Source: Methanothermobacter thermautotrophicus str. Delta H
Lineage (GTDB): Archaea > Methanobacteriota > Methanobacteria > Methanobacteriales > Methanothermobacteraceae
Direction: 5' to 3'
Assembly (NCBI RefSeq): GCF_000008645.1
Contig: NC_000916.1
Span: 120,001-152,000, forward strand
DNA length: 32,000 nt
Shown here piece by piece: positions 16,567 through 25,101 of the stretch. How positions within the stretch are numbered: position 1 is the stretch's first letter; each line of letters begins with the position of its first letter. The position numbers were made by a program, and so were the translations under genes. Under the pieces are notes generated by a model. It searched no databases, was not told the origin of the DNA, and worked only from the letters and a program-made list of their open reading frames with translations.

Positions 16567-17624
16567 TGACCAGAACCTATGCAATGGTTGGAACACCCTG
16601 CCAGATAACAGCAGCCACACTCATGGACAGATACACAGAGGACTTTCCGGTTGAACTCAAACTCGGACTCTTCTGCATGGAAAACTTCTCCTACACATAC
16701 CTCAAAAAACTCGCCGAGGAGGAGGGCATTGACCTTGCAGATGTATCAGAGCTCAGGATAGAGAAGGGCAGGCTCTGGTTCCACCTTAACGATGGAAGCA
16801 AAGTTTCAGTTTCCCTGGAAAGGGCGAGAGCCGCCATGAGGAAGAACTGCTCAGTGTGCATGGACTTCACATCAGAACAGTCCGACATATCCATAGGATC
16901 CGTGGGATCACCTGAAGGATGGTCAACGATCATAATAAGGACAGAGAGAGGCCATGAACTCATAGAAAAGGCCAGGAAGGCAGGATACATTGAAACAAAA
17001 CCCTTAACAGAGAGGGGAATCAGGATACTTGAGAAACTCGCATCAGGTAAGAAGGAGGATAACCTCCAGGAGATAAAAAGAAGGGAGTCTGTTGCAAGGC
17101 CGGTCCTCTACTGGAGGGTGATGCCAGATGAGGAATATCTCGAGGAGGTCACTGACTACCAGTTCGATGACCTGAGGTCTGATGTGATAGATGTGGGGGC
17201 CTGCGTCCTCTGCGGGGCCTGCGTGGCCTCATGCCCGGAGGACATAGTCAGCATAAAGGATAGAAAGCCAGAGGTGGAGGGTACATGCCCGGAGGGCTGC
17301 AATGCCTGCTATGTGGCATGTCCCAGAACCTATGTACCCGACAGCATAATAGGTCATGACTCAGCAATTACTCCCCTTGGGGAATACATTGAGATCCTGT
17401 CTGCGAGGGCACCCATGTTCAGGGGCCAGGATGGTGGTGTTGTAACAGCCCTCCTCACATACGCCCTCAGGGAGGGAATCATCGACGGGGCCCTGGTGGT
17501 TGACAGGGACCAGGAAAGGCCATGGAAACCTTTACCTGTACTGGCAGAGGAGCCCCAGGACATTGTGAAGGCTGCAGGAACCAAATACTCGGCATGTCCA
17601 TTACTGAAGGTTTTAAAGGAATAA
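16566..17624 (+). CDS. FrhB/FdhB-family (F420-binding) protein with an internal 2x[4Fe-4S] ferredoxin segment; the domain order looks permuted
   Basis: The ATG overlaps the upstream TAA (TAATG). N-terminus 'VGTPCQITAA...GSPEGWSTIIIRTERG' (FrhB C-domain-like). Then 'CVLCGACVASCPE' and 'CPEGCNACYVACPR'. Then 'FRGQDGGVVTALLTYALREGIIDGALVV...AAGTKYSACP' (FrhB N-domain-like). Confidence 0.75.
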   Translation: MTRTYAMVGTPCQITAATLMDRYTEDFPVELKLGLFCMENFSYTYLKKLAEEEGIDLADVSELRIEKGRLWFHLNDGSKVSVSLERARAAMRKNCSVCMDFTSEQSDISIGSVGSPEGWSTIIIRTERGHELIEKARKAGYIETKPLTERGIRILEKLASGKKEDNLQEIKRRESVARPVLYWRVMPDEEYLEEVTDYQFDDLRSDVIDVGACVLCGACVASCPEDIVSIKDRKPEVEGTCPEGCNACYVACPRTYVPDSIIGHDSAITPLGEYIEILSARAPMFRGQDGGVVTALLTYALREGIIDGALVVDRDQERPWKPLPVLAEEPQDIVKAAGTKYSACPLLKVLKE

Positions 17625-17636
17625 GAGGGGTTAAAA

Positions 17637-19136
17637 ATGCCTTTTAAGGTTGAAAGAAAGGAAGAGGTATGTAAGAGGAACTTTGATCGTCCCGGCTGCT
17701 GCTGGTACATGTGCGATAACAGGGACGAGTCACTCTGTGCAAACTGTTACTCATGCTACAACAACTGTCCACATGACGTATACGAGATAATAAACGGGGA
17801 ACCCGTACCAGTAAGGCATGAAAACTGTGTAGGGTGCCGCATATGTGAAGAAATGTGTCCTAACAATGCGATAGAGGTTAACGCGGTACCTGAAGATCGC
17901 AGGAACGTGTGGTCATTTGCTGACCTCCTTGAAATAGAGAGGAAGTCAAGGGAAGGCTCATACAAGGTCCGTGGCTGCGGTGCCGTCAGGAGGATACCAA
18001 CCTTTGATGACCTTGTCATCATCCCGGCCCAGGTATCCAGGCCACCCATAGACAAGTACAGGGAGCCCTGCAACACCAGGGTCGTGATAGGTGACAGGTA
18101 CGCCGAGAACCCCCTTGAACTTGACACACCCATCATGATAGCCGCCATGTCCTTCGGCGCCCTCAGCAAGGAGGCCAAGATAGCCCTCGCAATGGGTGCC
18201 AGCCTCGCAGGAACAGCCACCAACACAGGTGAGGGTGGAATGCTCCCTGAGGAGCGCAGATACGCCTCCAAGCTCATTGCACAGTACGCATCAGGCCGCT
18301 TCGGTGTATCAGCAGAGTACCTCAACAACTCAGAGGCCATCGAGATAAAGATAGGTCAGGGCGCCAAGTCAGGTATGGGCGGCCACCTCCTTGCAGAGAA
18401 GGTCACAGCCGAGGTCTCAAGGATAAGGATGATACCGGAGGGGACCGATGCACTGAGCCCTGCCAGGCACATGGACATAGTGGGTCCTGAGGATCTGAGC
18501 ATGAAGATATCACAGCTGCGTGAGATAACAGACTGGAAGGTCCCCATAATGGTCAAGTTCACCTCAGGCAGGGTTGCAGATGATGTTAAGATAGCTGCAA
18601 AGGCGGGTGCAGACGCCGTTGTTGTGGATGGTATGCAGGGCGGTACAGGGGCCGGTCCCGATGTTGTAACCGAGCACTCAGGTATACCCACAATCGCGGC
18701 CATAGTGGAGGCAGATGAGGCACTCAAGGAGGTCAACCTCCGTGATGAGGTGAGTCTTATCGCTGCAGGGGGTATAAGGAGCGGGGCTGATGTTGCAAAG
18801 GCCATAGCCCTCGGTGCAGATGCAGTCTACATAGGTACAGCAGCCCTGGTGTCAATCGGCTGCCGTGTCTGCCAGATGTGTTACACAGGCACCTGCAGGA
18901 AGGGTATCGCAACCCAGGACCCCCGCCTCAGGAAGCGCCTTGACTATGTGGAGGCAGGTAAGAACGTTGCAAGGTACATAGAGGCAATGACAGAGGAGGT
19001 CTGCATGCTCACACAGCAGGCAGGTAACACCGATGTGAGCAAACTTGAAAAGGACGACCTCAGGGCCCTTACAGTTGAAGCCTCCGCACTCACAGGGGTT
19101 AAACTGGCAGGTATGGAGTCACCGGCCAGGTTCTAA
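17637..19136 (+). CDS. Glutamate synthase FMN/Fe-S (GltB central domain) protein with N-terminal ferredoxin domain
   Basis: 'CANCYSCYNNCP' and 'CVGCRICEEMCP'. Then 'PIMIAAMSFGALS', 'NTGEGG', 'IEIKIGQGAKSGMGGHL', 'DAVVVDGMQGGTGA', 'LIAAGGIRSGADVAKA', and the 3Fe/4Fe Cys cluster 'CRVCQMCYTGTC'. Confidence 0.9.
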   Translation: MPFKVERKEEVCKRNFDRPGCCWYMCDNRDESLCANCYSCYNNCPHDVYEIINGEPVPVRHENCVGCRICEEMCPNNAIEVNAVPEDRRNVWSFADLLEIERKSREGSYKVRGCGAVRRIPTFDDLVIIPAQVSRPPIDKYREPCNTRVVIGDRYAENPLELDTPIMIAAMSFGALSKEAKIALAMGASLAGTATNTGEGGMLPEERRYASKLIAQYASGRFGVSAEYLNNSEAIEIKIGQGAKSGMGGHLLAEKVTAEVSRIRMIPEGTDALSPARHMDIVGPEDLSMKISQLREITDWKVPIMVKFTSGRVADDVKIAAKAGADAVVVDGMQGGTGAGPDVVTEHSGIPTIAAIVEADEALKEVNLRDEVSLIAAGGIRSGADVAKAIALGADAVYIGTAALVSIGCRVCQMCYTGTCRKGIATQDPRLRKRLDYVEAGKNVARYIEAMTEEVCMLTQQAGNTDVSKLEKDDLRALTVEASALTGVKLAGMESPARF

Positions 19137-19148
19137 TCCCCTAAAACC

Positions 19149-19219
19149 TTTTTTGATCCTTTTTACTTCAGATAAACTGGATTCAGACAATTTTTCATTT
19201 TTCTGTTTTTAAATTTTTT
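19149..19219 (+). terminator. Cluster of oligo-T tracts downstream of the glutamate synthase cluster
   Basis: T6 19149-19154, T5 19160-19164, T5 19191-19195, T5 19206-19210, T6 19214-19219. Oligo-T is the established archaeal termination signal. Confidence 0.55.
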
Positions 19220-19293
19220 CATTTCATTCGCTCTGAAAATTATTTAAATGGCCCACCCTATAGTAATAACCAGTTTTTTCTGGAGGGAAAAAT

Positions 19294-20670
19294 TTGAATG
19301 AGTACAATGACAGGTCACTGCGTTTGTATGTGCTTATAGCGGCAACACTTTCATCATTTCTCACCCCCTTCATGGGTTCATCAATCAATGTGGCGCTTCC
19401 TGTTATAGCGCTGCAGTTTAAAATCGATGCAATACTCCAGACATGGATACCCACGGCCTTTCTCCTGGCAGCCGCCATATTTGCGGTCCCCTTCGGGAGG
19501 CTGTCTGAGATATACGGGATGAAGAGGGTCTTCGTCTATGGTAACATAATCTTCACTGTTTCAGCGATTCTCTCGGCCTTCTCACCCTCAGCCATGGCAC
19601 TGATAGTGTTCAGGGCCATCCAGGGCGTCGGGTCGGCCATGATATTCGTGACGGGCCTTGCCATACTCACAAGGGTCTTCCCGCCCTATGAGCGGGGTAA
19701 GGCCATAGGGATAAACACGGCCGCAGTCTACATTGGCCTCTCAATGGGACCGGTCCTCGGGGGATTCCTCACAAGGTTCCTGGGATGGCAGAGCATATTC
19801 CTCTCTACGGTACCCCTGACAGTCATCGTCCTCGCGGTTAGTCTCCTTAGAATTGATGGTGAATGGGCAGATGCTGCCGGCGAAACCTTCGATATCCCCG
19901 GATCCATATCCTACTGTATCTTCCTGTTTCTACTCATGTATGGATTCTCAGCTCTCCCTGATACCATGGGGGCCCTCATGATCCTCCTGAGCATAGGGGC
20001 CTTCGCTGTTTTCCTCAGAATGGAGCTGTCATCAACCAGCCCTGTCTTCAATGTGAGGCTCTTCAGGAACCTTACCTTCAGCTTCTCAAGCCTTGCAGCC
20101 CTCATAAATTACAGTGCAACCTTTGCAGTATCACTCCTCCTCAGCTACCACCTCCAGTATATCAAGGGCCTTGACCCTGGCTCAAGCGGCCTCATACTGG
20201 TGACACAGCCCATCGTCATGGCCCTGGTGGCGCCAGTGGCGGGCAGGGCATCTGACAGGTTCAACCCCCAGACACTTGCAGGTATCGGCATGGCTGTGAC
20301 CTCCCTGGCGCTCCTAAGCCTCAGCATACTCGATAGAACCACCCCTGTGCCAATGATAATCGTATCACTCTTCGTGCTGGGACTGGGCTTCGGTTTCTTC
20401 TCATCACCCAACACCAATGCCATAATGGGTTCCGTTGAGAGGAAGGACTATGGTATTGCATCGGCAACCGTCAGCTCCATGAGGCTCATAGGCCAGGCCT
20501 TCAGCATAGGGATAGTGACGCTTATCTTCGCATTCCTCATAGGGAGGGTTCCAATCTCTCCTGCAAACTATGACCTCCTCATAGAGAGCACAAGGATATG
20601 CTTCCTGATATTCGGCGTGCTATGCTTTGTGGGGGTCTTCGCTGCAACTGCCCGCAGAAACGATGGTTAA
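19294..20670 (+). CDS. MFS transporter, 14-TMS drug:H+ antiporter (EmrB/QacA-like) type
   Basis: TTG 19294 lies 6 nt after GGAGGG. About 14 hydrophobic segments. 'GRLSEIYGMKRVF' (MFS motif A-like), 'FRAIQGVGSA', 'RASDRF'. Confidence 0.85.
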   Translation: MNEYNDRSLRLYVLIAATLSSFLTPFMGSSINVALPVIALQFKIDAILQTWIPTAFLLAAAIFAVPFGRLSEIYGMKRVFVYGNIIFTVSAILSAFSPSAMALIVFRAIQGVGSAMIFVTGLAILTRVFPPYERGKAIGINTAAVYIGLSMGPVLGGFLTRFLGWQSIFLSTVPLTVIVLAVSLLRIDGEWADAAGETFDIPGSISYCIFLFLLMYGFSALPDTMGALMILLSIGAFAVFLRMELSSTSPVFNVRLFRNLTFSFSSLAALINYSATFAVSLLLSYHLQYIKGLDPGSSGLILVTQPIVMALVAPVAGRASDRFNPQTLAGIGMAVTSLALLSLSILDRTTPVPMIIVSLFVLGLGFGFFSSPNTNAIMGSVERKDYGIASATVSSMRLIGQAFSIGIVTLIFAFLIGRVPISPANYDLLIESTRICFLIFGVLCFVGVFAATARRNDG

Positions 20671-20753
20671 ATGGATCCTTATCTACTTAAATCATTTTCT
20701 TTTGCAGTTAGGTGCTGTAATAGGGATGCCGGGTCTGGTCCTCTAAAGAACAT

Positions 20754-22130
20754 TCACTCAGGGCTAAACTTTAGGTTTTCTATATCCTCAAGATCCCAGA
20801 TTAGGCCCCCTTTAATTTTCTCTTTATCTTTCACTCTTTTTGCTATTATTCCATGGTATTGTTCCCATTCTTTCATTTTAAGGATCTTGGATTTTCTATT
20901 GAGGTCTTTCAGGATCTTGTTTGCCTCTATTTTGTTCAGAGTTTTCCATTTAACCTCGATGAGAATTGCTTTCTCTTCCTTTTCATTGAAAGCTACAAGG
21001 TCTATTTCTTCGTTCTTGTGCCACCAGCGGCCAATTTTCAGGGGTTTGAATGGTAGTTTATTGGATATTAGGGGGAGGAATTCTATTGCAACATTTTCAA
21101 AGATTCCGCCCAGGTAATTTGGAAGATCGTCAATGATTAATTCTAGCAGTTCTTTTCTTCTTTCGCTTTCTATGAAGTCAATGTTTGGGTGGATGTAACG
21201 GAACCAGAAGGCAAAATAGTTGTCCTTTATGTAATAGCGTCCCCTTCTACTTTTTCGGCTTGCGGTTATCGGGATTTCGCGCTTTACAAAATCCAGCTCA
21301 ATGAGAACGGACAGGTATTTGGCTACAGTTGCTCTGCTAAGACCCGTTTCGTTCATTATTTCTCCTAGAGAAGTTTTTCCAGCTGCTACTGCTTCCATTA
21401 TGGCGAAATAATTTCTTGGTTCTTCAAGTTCTTCTCGGAGAACGAAAAAGGCGTCCTGATAAAGTAATGAATCACTCCTCAGATATTCTAAGAGATTTTC
21501 TTTGATGGTTTTACTATCATCAAATTCCAGTAGATGGGCTGGGCTTCCTCCAAGAATACCGTAGGCTTTTATGAAATCTTCAAGTGAATATCCTGGCAAA
21601 AATTCTCTTGCATGCAAAAAATCCACGGGTTTAAGGTTTATCTGGCCTGTTCTCCTCCCATAGATAGGGCTTTTGTAGCCGAGCAGTTTCTCCATCATGC
21701 TGATGGAAGAACCACAAATTATGAGGAAGATCCTGCCATTTGAAAGTTTTAAATCCCAATATTCCTGAAGAATTGATGGGAGTGACCGATCACCCTTAAC
21801 CAGGTAAGGAAACTCGTCTATTACCACTACCAATCTTTCAGTGGCTTTTTGATTTAAGTATTCTAAGAAGGCGTCCCAATTTTGGAATGGGTTCCTTTTA
21901 AGAAAATCATCCCCAAAATATTCGGATAATCTATCAGAAAAACGTTTTAGATTTTCGAGATTGCTTGTCTCCCTGGCCAGTAAGTATATTCCACCATGTC
22001 TACTTATAAATTCCAGTAAAAGAGCTGTCTTTCCCACTCTCCTTCTCCCGTAGATAACTATAAACTCTGGTCCGCCCATTTCATATCTTCTTTCAAGGAA
22101 TTGCAATTCCCTTTCACGATCCAGAAACAT
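20754..22130 (-). CDS. Archaeal ATPase family (Arch_ATPase P-loop) protein with C-terminal DUF234-like region
   Basis: 'FIVIYGRRRVGKTALL' (Walker A), 'LVVVIDEFPYL' (Walker B), winged-helix-like 'GKTSLGEIMNETGLSRATVAKYLSVLIELDFV', C-terminal 'EIDLVAFNEKEEKAILIEVKW'. The gene is visibly AT-rich relative to its neighbours. Confidence 0.85.
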   Translation of the reverse strand: MFLDRERELQFLERRYEMGGPEFIVIYGRRRVGKTALLLEFISRHGGIYLLARETSNLENLKRFSDRLSEYFGDDFLKRNPFQNWDAFLEYLNQKATERLVVVIDEFPYLVKGDRSLPSILQEYWDLKLSNGRIFLIICGSSISMMEKLLGYKSPIYGRRTGQINLKPVDFLHAREFLPGYSLEDFIKAYGILGGSPAHLLEFDDSKTIKENLLEYLRSDSLLYQDAFFVLREELEEPRNYFAIMEAVAAGKTSLGEIMNETGLSRATVAKYLSVLIELDFVKREIPITASRKSRRGRYYIKDNYFAFWFRYIHPNIDFIESERRKELLELIIDDLPNYLGGIFENVAIEFLPLISNKLPFKPLKIGRWWHKNEEIDLVAFNEKEEKAILIEVKWKTLNKIEANKILKDLNRKSKILKMKEWEQYHGIIAKRVKDKEKIKGGLIWDLEDIENLKFSPE

Positions 22131-22447
22131 TATTTACTCACCAGTAATTTACTTAAGAGTAAACTATTATAAAAATTTTGGGACACTCAAAAGGGCCTTG
22201 TGGATAGATCCAAAGATATACCCTTCATGCTTTGATGGGTTCTGTACCTTTCTGTCGTGTCCGGGATCCCACCGCTGTATTTTATGAGATTTTACATGTA
22301 TCTGCAGCTTGTGTAACGCTCCCACCTTGGTGGCAGAGGTCTGCACGTTTTTCACTCATGACCTGCTGAATGATCCCTCAGTTCATGGAATCACATATTT
22401 AGATTGGTCAACATAATTATACTGGAAGATGAAGAGGGATCATAATC

Positions 22448-23167
22448 ATGCTCTCACGGCGTGGTAAAATGAAGAGGATAAAGGTGCTCAGGAACGGCCC
22501 CTACCTTGTTGAGGGCTCAGTACCCCTCTATGAAGAGGTCATAGTAACCGATGAGGAGGGCCATACAAGGGAATTTGTTGAGAGGAGACAGTTCCCCCTT
22601 AAGGAGAGGTACGTGCTCTGTCGCTGTGGGGAATCAGGGAATAAACCCTACTGTGACGGTACACACATCAGAACAGGATTTGACGGGACCGAGACAGCAT
22701 CACTGGAACCCTACATTGAAAGGGCAAGGGTCTTCAGGGCGGGAGACCTTGAACTCACAGACGTACCCGAACTCTGCGACCATTCAAGGTTCTGCCTCAG
22801 GGCCGGCGGTATAAGGGAACTCCTTAGGAAGGGAGATAGGGAGAGCATACAGATAGCCATAGAGGAGGCAATGATCTGCCCGTCCGGCAGGCTGGTCCTC
22901 TGGGACAGGAAAACAGGTAAACCCTATGAGAGGGACTATGAGAAATCCATAGTGGTCATCCATGATAAACAGAAGAGGTGCGAGGGCCCCCTCTGGGTGA
23001 GGGGTGGCATACCCATAGAGTCTGCCGATGGAAGGGAGTATGAGGTTAGAAACAGGGTTACCCTCTGCCGCTGCGGATTATCTGAGAACAAACCCTTCTG
23101 TGATGGAAGCCACTGGATGACTGCAGAGGAAAAACTTGAGTTTAAAAGAAAATGGGGGATTGAATAG
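22448..23167 (+). CDS. CDGSH-type iron-sulfur domain protein (two CDGSH motifs plus a central Cys cluster)
   Basis: 'CRCGESGNKPYCDGTH' and 'CRCGLSENKPFCDGSH'. Central 'CDHSRFCLRAGG...ICPSGR'. An alternative start is ATG 22469. Confidence 0.8.
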   Translation: MLSRRGKMKRIKVLRNGPYLVEGSVPLYEEVIVTDEEGHTREFVERRQFPLKERYVLCRCGESGNKPYCDGTHIRTGFDGTETASLEPYIERARVFRAGDLELTDVPELCDHSRFCLRAGGIRELLRKGDRESIQIAIEEAMICPSGRLVLWDRKTGKPYERDYEKSIVVIHDKQKRCEGPLWVRGGIPIESADGREYEVRNRVTLCRCGLSENKPFCDGSHWMTAEEKLEFKRKWGIE

Positions 23168-23170
23168 CAG

Positions 23171-23647
23171 TTACTCCACTTTTCTTTTCATCCACAGGGC
23201 CCCGATCACCATGCCCAGGGTAACCCCTATGAGGGCACCCGATGAGAATGGTGTCAGAAAGTCTGTGCCCCCCTCCTCGGGGTTAACAGAGTTCAGCTCA
23301 AGGAGCTTATCCCTTACTGATGCCTCATCGGCGCTGCAGTACATTACCCTGTATGCTACCTCGGGGTGAGCCTTAAGGAAGGAACTCACGGTGTCCTGGT
23401 AGGCAACTGCAAGTATCTTCTTATTCGGGTTTCCGAGGGCATGCTCCAGTTCATGCTCAACATCAGCGGCACTCTGGAAACGGTATACCGTGACGTTGAC
23501 CCCGAGATCATCCGCAACTGATCTTGCAAGTTTTCCCGTTGAATTATCAGCTATTACAATGAAGGACTCAGGGGTTATCTCCATCCCGTGGGCAGCCACT
23601 CCACCCATGAGGAGGAATACCAGGAGAACTGCCAGTTCAATTCTCAT
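23171..23647 (-). CDS. Secreted / C-terminally membrane-anchored hypothetical protein, translationally abutting the CbiM-like gene
   Basis: Signal-like N-terminus 'MRIELAVLLVFLLMGGVAAHG'. C-terminal TM 'ALIGVTLGMVIGALWMKRK'. The start codon directly follows the upstream TAA (TAAATG). Confidence 0.6.
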   Translation of the reverse strand: MRIELAVLLVFLLMGGVAAHGMEITPESFIVIADNSTGKLARSVADDLGVNVTVYRFQSAADVEHELEHALGNPNKKILAVAYQDTVSSFLKAHPEVAYRVMYCSADEASVRDKLLELNSVNPEEGGTDFLTPFSSGALIGVTLGMVIGALWMKRKVE

Positions 23648-24271
23648 TTACACCCTCTCCATCATGGTTAATTCTGGTTTCATCCTCTCAAGGAAGGATA
23701 CAATGAATATGTTCGCAGCACCCTCTATGACCCCCACAAAGATGTAGAACGGTATAAGTGTCGCCATCAGCATTTCAGGACCAGCAACACCCGCTGCAAG
23801 GAGTATCATGATGTGGAACACCGTGGCAACCATTATACCGAAGAAGGTGGCGGTGAAGACTGCGAGGCTCCTGTCAAGTTCACTCACAACACTGTAGACC
23901 GCGTATGTACCGACACCGAGGCCTATACCCATTGTGAGTATGTTGGCACCCATACTTGTCAGGCCACCCATACCCAGTATGAAGAACTGGATTACCAGGC
24001 AGAGGGTTGCAACGATGACGGCTGTGAGGGGTCCCAGCAGTATGGCTGCGAGGGGTATGAGGAAGAAGTGTACCGGGACACCGAAGGGTGATGGTACGGA
24101 TATGGAGGATACAGCCGCTGCAGCCGCAGCAAAAAGGCCCGTTCCAACGATTCTCCTTTCCTTCTGGGGTTTCTTTGAGAATATGTAGAAGAATATTCCT
24201 ATGTTTATGAGCGCCACAGCCCAGTAGACTGCGCACTGCCATAATGGTATGATTCCGTCGGGTATATGCAC
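23648..24271 (-). CDS. cbiM: CbiM/NikM-family metal (Co/Ni) transporter substrate-capture component
   Basis: N-terminal 'MHIPDG' signature. 'QFFILGMGGLTSMGANILTMG'. About 6 TM segments. Confidence 0.8.
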   Translation of the reverse strand: MHIPDGIIPLWQCAVYWAVALINIGIFFYIFSKKPQKERRIVGTGLFAAAAAAVSSISVPSPFGVPVHFFLIPLAAILLGPLTAVIVATLCLVIQFFILGMGGLTSMGANILTMGIGLGVGTYAVYSVVSELDRSLAVFTATFFGIMVATVFHIMILLAAGVAGPEMLMATLIPFYIFVGVIEGAANIFIVSFLERMKPELTMMERV

Positions 24272-24303
24272 TTATCCAGCCTCCATGGGTTAATTAAGAG
24301 AAA

Positions 24304-24738
24304 TCACTGCCTTGGAAATCTTAAGGCTGTTAAACCGAAAACCAGGGAGAGCCCTGCAACTGCCGGGATGAACCCGTACCCTGAGGTTCCTTGTTTCTCT
24401 TTTCCGGTTATGTTCCCTGATGGGGTACTTTCATTCCCATCCTGTCCCTGAATATCGGTTTTATTCTGTGCTGAAACGTCAGCTGCTTCTCCCTGAGCTG
24501 AACCTGTTTCCACACCTCCACTCGGGGATTTACTGGTCTTTGTCCCTGAACCTGTGCTGCTCCTGTCTGAAGTCTTTTTGGTGGGAGCAGGGGATGTGGT
24601 TGTTGATGAATCAGAGTCGCTGTCACCTGAATCTGAGGGTTCCTCAAGGTAGTAACCGTGACCTGGATGGGCGCATGCATGGTGTGATAAACCGATCACC
24701 AGTGACACCGCAGCCAGCAGTATAAGGATCCTTTTCAT
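24304..24738 (-). CDS. Secreted protein with His-rich N-terminus, Ser/Thr/Asp-rich linker and C-terminal hydrophobic anchor
   Basis: ATG 24738 is preceded by GGTGA (the ORF-track start 24747 is GTG). 'MKRILILLAAVSLVIGLSHHACAHPGHGYY', then a low-complexity 'SDSGDSDSDSSTTTSPAPTKKTS...' linker, ending 'GYGFIPAVAGLSLVFGLTALRFPRQ'. A TATA-like TTTATATAT (minus strand) lies at ~24771-24779. Confidence 0.6.
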   Translation of the reverse strand: MKRILILLAAVSLVIGLSHHACAHPGHGYYLEEPSDSGDSDSDSSTTTSPAPTKKTSDRSSTGSGTKTSKSPSGGVETGSAQGEAADVSAQNKTDIQGQDGNESTPSGNITGKEKQGTSGYGFIPAVAGLSLVFGLTALRFPRQ

Positions 24739-24993
24739 GATGATCACCGCTAACTACTTGGTTATCTTCAATATATAAAATCTTTTATTACTCATTCCCA
24801 GGATTTACAGAATAAAAGTAATACAGAATGGTCTTCAGGGCGGTGGTGCATGTTAAAATCTGGCAGGCCCGGTATTTCCCCCTCCCCAAAAGGGTGTTGA
24901 AGTCAGTTAACTGGTCATCCGGTGGTAACCGTCTCATGGAATGATCTGGAAACACCTTTAACGTGCCGGCGATCAGGCATCTTAAAAATAGCG

Positions 24994-25020
24994 GCTGATG
25001 GATCTTTTTCACCCATCAGC
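24994..25020 (-). other. 8-bp stem hairpin (GCTGATGG / CCATCAGC, 11-nt loop) followed on the minus strand by T5
   Basis: Read directly: 24994-25001 pairs with 25013-25020. A5 on the plus strand at 24984-24988 is U5 after the hairpin on the minus strand. Function unknown: a second terminator for the helicase gene, or the end of an unannotated RNA. Confidence 0.35.
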
Positions 25021-25075
25021 TGTTATGATAATTTAAAGCGTTATTTGCCACTTTCGAGGTATGATGAACTCAGTC

Positions 25076-25097
25076 AAAAAAGGTTATTGCTCAAAAA
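25076..25097 (-). terminator. Oligo-T tracts immediately downstream of the DEAD-box helicase stop
   Basis: Plus-strand A6 25076-25081 and A5 25093-25097 are T6/T5 on the coding strand, within 30 nt of the stop at 25102-25104. Confidence 0.5.
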
Positions 25098-25101
25098 TTG
25101 A

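Noticed and set aside
22167-22355. 62-aa minus-strand ORF in the non-coding flank of the AT-rich island, a possible remnant of an integrase or transposase.
   Set aside because: No recognisable motif, no RBS, and no flanking inverted or direct repeats. I cannot support a gene or mobile-element remnant.
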